64,000 bases of DNA, from assembly GCF_009914755.1 (NCBI RefSeq), contig NC_060926.1; one strand, 5' to 3'. This stretch comes from the human T2T-CHM13v2.0 reference genome, Homo sapiens. The position numbers were made by a program, and so were the translations under genes. Below the pieces are notes generated by a model. It did no database searches, was not told the origin of the DNA, and saw only the letters and a program-made list of their open reading frames with translations. The stretch's first letter is position 1. Each line of letters starts with the position of its first letter. This document shows, piece after piece, positions 56,408-64,000 of this stretch.

Positions 56408-56924
56408 CTGGTGAACTTCAATAACACTGACAACTTCTGGGTGAAATGATTAGAAGAAACTTCTATGGGGACAATGTTTATTGCTGTACCCACTTAATTT
56501 CAGTTTTTAAAAATCATGGAGGAAGATATTCAATTGCCGTAACTTGGGTCACATATTCTAGTACTTTTAGAAATGGCAGATACATGATAAATATATTAAA
56601 CTCAATAGAGTTAGAAAGTTACAATTTTAATCGAAGTTTGCTTATCACTACATCACGAGTTATATTACTATTTTCTAAAATTTTTGAAACGCATAGAAAA
56701 ATATTTTGCAAAATTTTTAACTTGTAGACATGTAAATATTTTATTCCATTATTTGGGTGTGTCTTTTAGAAATAGAGGTTTAAAATATATTAGAACTTTA
56801 AGAACTTCATGTATCTGATGATCTGCCAGATATCACAGTATATAATTGGCAAATATTTTTAACAGATGTATTTATAGGACACATTATAAATCATAGCATT
56901 GTGGCTCATCTAAACAAAAATAGA

Positions 56925-57050
56925 ACTAATAGATTTTCAAGTCCGAATTTTTCAATTTAAAGAAGAAAGCTGAGATCAAAAGAGGCATGCAGGCAATAAG
57001 TGACAGAACAAGATCTAGAATTGAAGCCTTTGGAATATAAATTAAGAACA
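56925..57050 (-). mobile_element. MIR fragment
   Basis: gaagaaagctgagatc...aataagtgacagaacaagatctagaa. Confidence 0.5.
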
Positions 57051-57324
57051 CTGATTTAATCACAAGGAAAAAGTAATGAGTATGTTTTAAAAATTCTCTT
57101 AGCTTTTCTCCATATTGGGTCTAATGTAGATTTCACATGATTTATTTTTGATTTTTAAGGATTTGTGGCTTTGTCACAAATGGTTAAATATGTTAAAAAT
57201 AAAAATATAAGGGAATGTCAATTTCGAAGAGTAATTCTCTGTACCTTTGTGTGTAAAGTTTTCAACTGTTTTCACCTTCTCATGGTATTTTTGTTCTCCC
57301 AGAAATGTATACTTGTACATGCCC

Positions 57325-57732
57325 TGATGTAGTTTGGATGTCCCCTCCAAATCTCATGTTGAGTTGTCATCTCCAGTGTTGGAGGTGGGTGGTGGTGGGA
57401 TGTATTTGTGTCATGGTGGCAGATACTTCATGGCTTGGTGCTATACTCACCACAGAGGGTGATTTCTCATGAAATCTGAACATCTGGTGGTTTAAAAGTG
57501 TGTGACGCCTTCCTACCCTCTCCCTGCATTGTTCCTGTTTTCCTCAAGTAAACTGCCTTCTCTTGCTTTGCATTCCACCATGATTAAAACTTCCTGAGGT
57601 TTCTGGAGAAGCAGATGCCAGCACTATGCTTCCTCTACAGCCTACAGAACCATGATCCAATTAAACTTCTTTTTTTATAAATTACCTAGTCTTACATATT
57701 TCTTTATAGCAACATAAGAATGGCCTAATACA
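57325..57732 (+). mobile_element. MST (MSTA/B) MaLR solo LTR
   Basis: tgatgtagtttggatg...ccaaatctcatgttg...gaatggcctaataca; TSD TGCCC/TGACC (1 mismatch). Confidence 0.9.
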
Positions 57733-58426
57733 TGACCATACATAGCAAAGTTTGCATATTGCTCCATCCTTTTTTTTAAAACTTAGTGCCATCCTCACTT
57801 AAAACACAGCAATGTGTGTGGATATGTTATTATATATACTACAATACATATTTATTCAGAGTAGATGTCTAGTGTTCTTTATAGGGATGCTCTCAATACT
57901 TTTAGCACAGTATTCTTCACAAATTATTTATTTGATAAATTACACAAAAGAGAGTAGACTGATGAGGTACTTGAAGACACCTTATTAACCAGATTAATGA
58001 AATTGGAATTCAAGGCAACTGGGAGGAGTAGTTGTAACTGTTAATCAAGGTAATAGGATTCAAAATACCTTCAGGGGGCTATGAGAATGTCAATTTTCAT
58101 TGTCTGAGATGAGTGAATCCATGAGCTATGCCTCTCCAGCAGGACCATGGAGAGCTCTGTGGTTTGCAGTCCATTTGCTCCAGGCTGCAAGCATTTGGGT
58201 TGGCTTCATCCTTCTGGAGTTAGACTCTGCATGCTTAAAGGTATTCCAGCTAAATAACGAAGTTACTGGGCCTCTTGAAAAAGATAACAAACCCCAGACT
58301 CTTTTCTTAAACTTCAGGTGGTGCTCCAGAGGCCATCTGTGTTTGAAGAATTTATGTGTAAAATCTGTTAAAGAGCTGAAGGCAGGCAATCAGGATACAA
58401 GTAAAACGATTTAAACCTTAAGACTC

Positions 58427-58427
58427 T

Positions 58428-58465
<38 letters not shown>

Positions 58466-58472
58466 GTGTGTG
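58427..58472. repeat. (TG)12(CG)4(TG)7 microsatellite
   Basis: Read directly. Confidence 0.95.
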
Positions 58473-58563
58473 TTTTGGGGGGGGTGTTACTTAAGTAGAA
58501 CAATAAAAAAGCACATACACTAAACAGCAACTCATACATATAAAGATAAAAACTGAGTAGTAT

Positions 58564-58919
58564 CACATCCATACAAAATAATTAAATCATGTCTTTTGCA
58601 GCAACATGGATGCAGCTGAAGGTCATTATCCTAAGCGAATTAATGCAGCAACAGAAACTCAAATACTGCAATTTCTTACTTGGAAGCAGGAGCTAAACAT
58701 TGGGTACTCAGGGACATAATGTTGGCAACAGTAGAAACTGGGACTACTAGATGCGGGAGACAGGGAGAGGCAAAAGGGTTGAAAAACTAACTATCAGATA
58801 GTATGCTCAGTACTTGGATGACAGAATCATTTGTACCCCAAACCTCAGCATCACCCAACATACCCAGGTAACAAATCTTCACATCTACCTCCTGAATCTA
58901 AAATAAAATAGAAAAAAAA
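58564..58919 (+). mobile_element. L1PB4-like truncated 3' end
   Basis: aaatcatgtcttttgcagcaacatggatgcagctg...accccaaacctcagcatcac...tgaatctaaaataaaa; TSD TGAGTAGTAT at 58554-58563 and 58920-58929. Confidence 0.88.
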
Positions 58920-59419
58920 TGAGTAGTATAAAATATATTTTAGCCCTTACTTGCTAGAAATTTTTAGTATGTCCCTTTTTAACTTAAAAAGATGATTTGA
59001 TTTAAATTATTTTTTATTGTTGGAAAAAATTTGTATTATGAAACATTTGTATGTGTGCCAGATCCTTGACCCCCTACTCCTGCCTTATATGTAGCTATGG
59101 CTTCTCTTCACTCTTCCAAAAGCCGATAATTTGTATTAGAAAAAGCTTTGCATGACCCTTTAAAAATATATCATCTCCACTTGTACCATAAATAACTCTC
59201 ACTTCTCCCTTTCCATTACAGAGATACATATCATGCCAGAAAACATAAGGAACTTGAAGGATGTGGATGTCAGTCTTTATTACACATGATCTTTATTCCT
59301 GAGTGCTCAATAAATGACTTGTGCTGACTTTCAACTCACAGAATATTTAGTAATATTTAAAAGTGAGATGAAACTCATTGGACAATTTTAAGAAAGAAAT
59401 AATATGACAAGAGGTTGTT

Positions 59420-59945
<526 letters not shown>

Positions 59946-59964
59946 TATAAAATATAATCTAAAT

Positions 59965-60420
59965 TTTAATACATGATTCTGACTGCTGTGTAGAGCATGA
60001 ATTATATGGGAAAGTTTGACACAAACAGACCAGTTAAAAAAAAAAAAACAAACAAACTGCTGTAGTAGCTCAATCCCAGATGATAGTAGCTTGGAAGCAT
60101 AGTGAAGAGAGAAACATTGAAATGAATTACATGAGTTACAGTTTCAATGAAACATTGAAACGAATTACAATGAGCTACAGTCCACAAAACTTGCTTACAA
60201 ATTAGATAGGGGTTAAGAGAAGAAAAGAGGGAGATAAAGGTTGGATACTATATTTTTGGCTGCAGGAATTGTGTGGGTGATGGTGTCATTCTCCAAAATA
60301 GGAAGCGTGAGGGAAGAAATAGATTTTGGGATAAATAAAACTATCTTTTGGACATAATAAAGGTGAAATGCCCATTAGGTATCAAAGTGAAGATAATGTC
60401 ACATACAAGTTTTCAACTGT
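59965..60420 (-). mobile_element. L2 fragment
   Basis: ctgactgctgtgtagag...gatgatagtagcttgg...ggtgatggtgtcatt...ttttggacat. Confidence 0.7.
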
Positions 60421-60934
60421 GGAAATACAGGCACACTAAACAACAGCATTGGGTGTGGTTAGGTTGCAGAAAAAATGTCAAAAGTCACTTTTTAAAATTT
60501 CTATCTCTGTGTGTACATATTTACGGAAGGATGAGAAAAATGTTTTCTTAATCTCATAATCAAATTTAATATTATAATAATTTTGAAACAATGTGCCTTT
60601 AAGAAAAGTATAGTAGGAAGCATTTATCTTAGCTATTATTATGTTTTCTGATTTAGGTCACTATTTTGTGAATATTTGAAGCAAATGTATCATATGACAG
60701 GTATTAATGCATATAAAGAAAATAAATCATCAACTTCATTACTACTAGAAGAATTATCATCTTATTATTTGGTTTTCAGGAATGTAAGAAGAACAACAAT
60801 AAAGGAAAAACATTCTTAAAGGCAACATTAATAATTCTGATACTACTATATCTTCTTTTGAGAGAGAGACTTACATGCATTTTTTCTAAATAATAGGATT
60901 TTAAAAATAGGATACAAAAATTATTTTACTAATA

Positions 60935-61125
60935 CTAATATCTCAGTCATTGTACTAAGCATGTTTATAAATTTTAATCTGAATTCTCACTGTTAATTAA
61001 TTAAGCACTTTTATTTTCCTTATTTTATAGGTAAGAGAACTGTGGCTCAAAGACCTTAATGAAATTGTCTAAGACAGTAACATTAGAGATTCAAACTAAG
61101 AATTCTTGGACTCTAAAACTTGAGG
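60935..61125 (-). mobile_element. MIR SINE
   Basis: attttataggtaagagaactgtggctcaaag...gattcaaact. Confidence 0.7.
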
Positions 61126-61294
61126 TCTCCCCTAGTAATTCTAACAATTTATATTTGTCTTAGAACTTGCTTTAGAAGATCAGATGTGTTATTCCTTGTT
61201 TTTCCTTCAGGATCAGTTCTCCCAAGAATTTTCTCAGTTTGACGTATGTGATTTTATTACGTTGGCCCAATATAACAGAACGTATCTATCAATT

Positions 61295-62340
61295 CTTCAT
61301 TTATTCAACAAATAAATAGGTATTTCATATATACCTTTTAATATATATGAAACATATATGTGCATATGTATGTGTATGTGTATATGTATACATATATACA
61401 CTCACACACACATATATATGAATCACCTGTTTGTGTATGCAATATTCTAGATGCAATCAATAAAGCAGTGAACAAAAAACGTCCTCCTGCTGCCATACTG
61501 GGGAAGACAAAAACAGATTAAAAATAAATATTTAATATAATGTCAAGTAATGATAAGAGCTATGGAGAAAAGTAAATCTAGATAACTTGTGGAGAGGAAG
61601 AGGGATGTTATTTGAGGTTGGTGGTGAAGAAGACTTCTATGACTGGTGGAATAAGAACCGGAATGAATTGTGGCAGTAGGGTTAGGGATATTCGGAGCAG
61701 AGACTGAAACTTGAGTATACCTCAGAATTATCTGGAAGGCTTTATAAATCACAGATTTCTGGGTTTCTTATGCAGTAGATGTGCAGCGGTGGAGCCTGAG
61801 AATTTGCTTTTCTAACAAGTTCCCAGGTGGTGCTCATGCTGCTTGCTCAGGGTTCATGCCTTAAAAGCCACAGACCTAGGGAATGGCCTGCTCAGGGAGA
61901 ATGATCAGATAATCATGTGCAAGGAGAAGGTTTGATGTTTCTAAAGAAATGAGAATAACTGTATCTTGGTGATAAGCTGGTTCATTCAGGGAAATGTAAA
62001 CACCAGTGAGCTTTAGCTTTTTAGGGGAAAACTTGAGGTTTTTGAAATGAGAAATGACATGTTAAAAACATTACTCTTACTTTTATGTGCAGAATAGTCA
62101 GCAATGAAGCAGTACAAGAAACAGAAAAATCAGCTGGGAAGTTATTTTAGCCCAGGCAAGAGAAGATGATGCCTTATTCCAGGGGGGGAAGTGGTGGAGG
62201 TGGTAAAAAGTCGTTCTATTTTAGATATCCTTTAAAAGTAGAGCTGATAGGATCTGCTGAAAATCTACATGTGGAAGTTGGAAGGATTGAGAATGGTTCC
62301 AATTTGGGGGATTTGAGGCATCAGTGAATGGTATTATAAT
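61295..62340 (-). mobile_element. L2 fragment interrupted by a microsatellite and MER5A
   Basis: ttcatttattcaacaaata...taaagcagtgaacaaaa...aagtagagctgataggatctgctga. Confidence 0.75.
61695..61873. mobile_element. MER5A hAT-Charlie DNA element
   Basis: cagaattatctggaaggc...gcctgagaatttgcttttctaacaagttcccaggtggtgctcatgctgc. Confidence 0.88.
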
Positions 62341-64000
62341 TTAAAACTTACAGAAAGTCAAAGAGAGCTATGGTTATAAAAAATAAAATAAAAAAGCAAC
62401 TCAATTTAAAATCAGACTCTGTCATTTACAAGAACAGCCCTGTAAGAAGTCAGAGTGCAAGGTGTACTAGTCAGTGGCTGGAAGCCATTGCACTCTAGTT
62501 TTTAACACATCAAGGTTACCACCTTCCTCTTATAACTGATTTGCTCAGCAAGGGAAGATAAGTCTTGTAAGAATACGTAGGGACAATGAGCTATCACGAT
62601 ACTCAGCATAGAAGGAAAAGGTGGACATTACAAATTAGCATATTTTAAAAAAGTATTTTAAAAGGGTGTTGAGGTGTCTTTGAAACAGGGTGAAGTATGT
62701 TTGAAAACAAAGGAAAGACAGCATTTATAAAGAAAAACAGAAAAGTGTCATATTGAAGATCTTTGAAAATGTTATGATGTTTGTTTGAAGGAGGAAAAAA
62801 TCTCTTGGATTTTGAGCTTCTAGATTGCATGACTTAAAGTTTTGTTGATTATTGAGAGGCTGATTTTATTCTTGAAATGTGATATGAATAGAGATTTTAA
62901 AAATAACCCCAAATATTGTCCTTTTAAGTTTTTTGATATACGTAACTTTAAAATTTCTATTTATTTCAATTTATAACATTCCCTTTGTAGAAGGCCATGA
63001 CACAGTAATAAATATGGGTGTGTAGATCTATGTTTCAGCAGGGCAACAGGTAGTAGGATGGAACCCTGAGTTTCCATGTGTTCTTGCAATGCTGCTCACA
63101 TTGAAGTTCATAATATGAGATTCTGCACTTCTGAGCTGGGACCTTTAACAGTTGGGGGCAGCATCATTGCTCATGAACTGCAGGTTTAAAACCATCAGGA
63201 ACAAAGGGAGATCAAGCAGGGCTGCATCCATGCATGCTTACCTTGAGCTGAATCCAAACCAGCCCAGATCTGTTCTAGATCATCCTTTCTGATATCTATC
63301 TTTTAATAAAATATTTACAAAATATATAACTGAAGATTATATAAATAATAATTCATGTTATGCTTTGGTACTTTCATAGCTTTATTTTTACCATTTTAAA
63401 AAAAACCTCTGAATGTATTTTACTGTATAAGAATCTAACCCATTTCTTTCTTTAATGATTAGACAATTAATATTTTGAACATTGATCCTTTTTATTTTTA
63501 TATTAAATAAGTTGATTTAATTCTAAATCTATTTGTATTATTGCAATCATTGGGGACTTTATATTCTGTCCTGCTGCTGTGCCTGTTATATATTCATCTG
63601 TACCATAATATATAACTTTGAAGATCTTGAAATGATACTTACTGAACTCTTATGACAAAGAGTATAGAGATTCTTAATGGCTCTTGTTTTTCAATATTAG
63701 CTTGTTTTCTTGGTTGTATACTCATTTTTGCAAGCCAAAGTTGGCAGAAAAACATGAGGTTCTTTGTGTTAATTTATATTAAGATACTCTCCAGTTATAT
63801 TTACAAGTAGTTTTAAAATACGTTAACTTAGGTTAAAGCACAAATAAGATACTATTATTACTTGTGATTTATTGAACTATGTCCCATAATCAGCATAATA
63901 AAAATCTATTATTTTTCAGTGATGACTTGCACATTGCAAATTTTGATGTAGCTTCTCTTTCATTTCATATAAACCTAGATGTAGCAACAGCTAAAACAAA

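Overview
Primate (human-like) AT-rich, CpG-depleted non-coding DNA, intergenic or deep intronic. No protein-coding gene, RNA gene or CpG island can be supported. All ORFs in the six-frame track look spurious or repeat-derived (Alu, MaLR, L1). The window is a layered fossil record of mobile elements: about 12 Alu copies or fragments, many L1/L2/L3/MIR fragments, seven MaLR LTR loci (several with intact 5-bp TSDs, one a deleted MST provirus), a probable ERV1-class solo LTR, and DNA transposons (MADE1, MER63A, Tigger3a, MER5A). Subfamily names come from my recall of consensus sequences, not from a search, and boundaries of old elements are approximate. I see no new multi-gene system. The most notable unexplained structures are: (1) a ~280-bp non-repeat poly(A)-tailed insertion with a poly(A) signal and 9-bp TSD inside an L2 (orphan retrocopy or transduction, 40604-40923); (2) a ~213-bp inverted duplication that crosses a MER63A/L1 junction (23610-24339); (3) an exact 24-bp repeat 3 kb apart carrying GATA and FOX-like motifs; (4) micro template-switch scars; (5) a few candidate micro-exons and a CRE-TATA-Inr arrangement.
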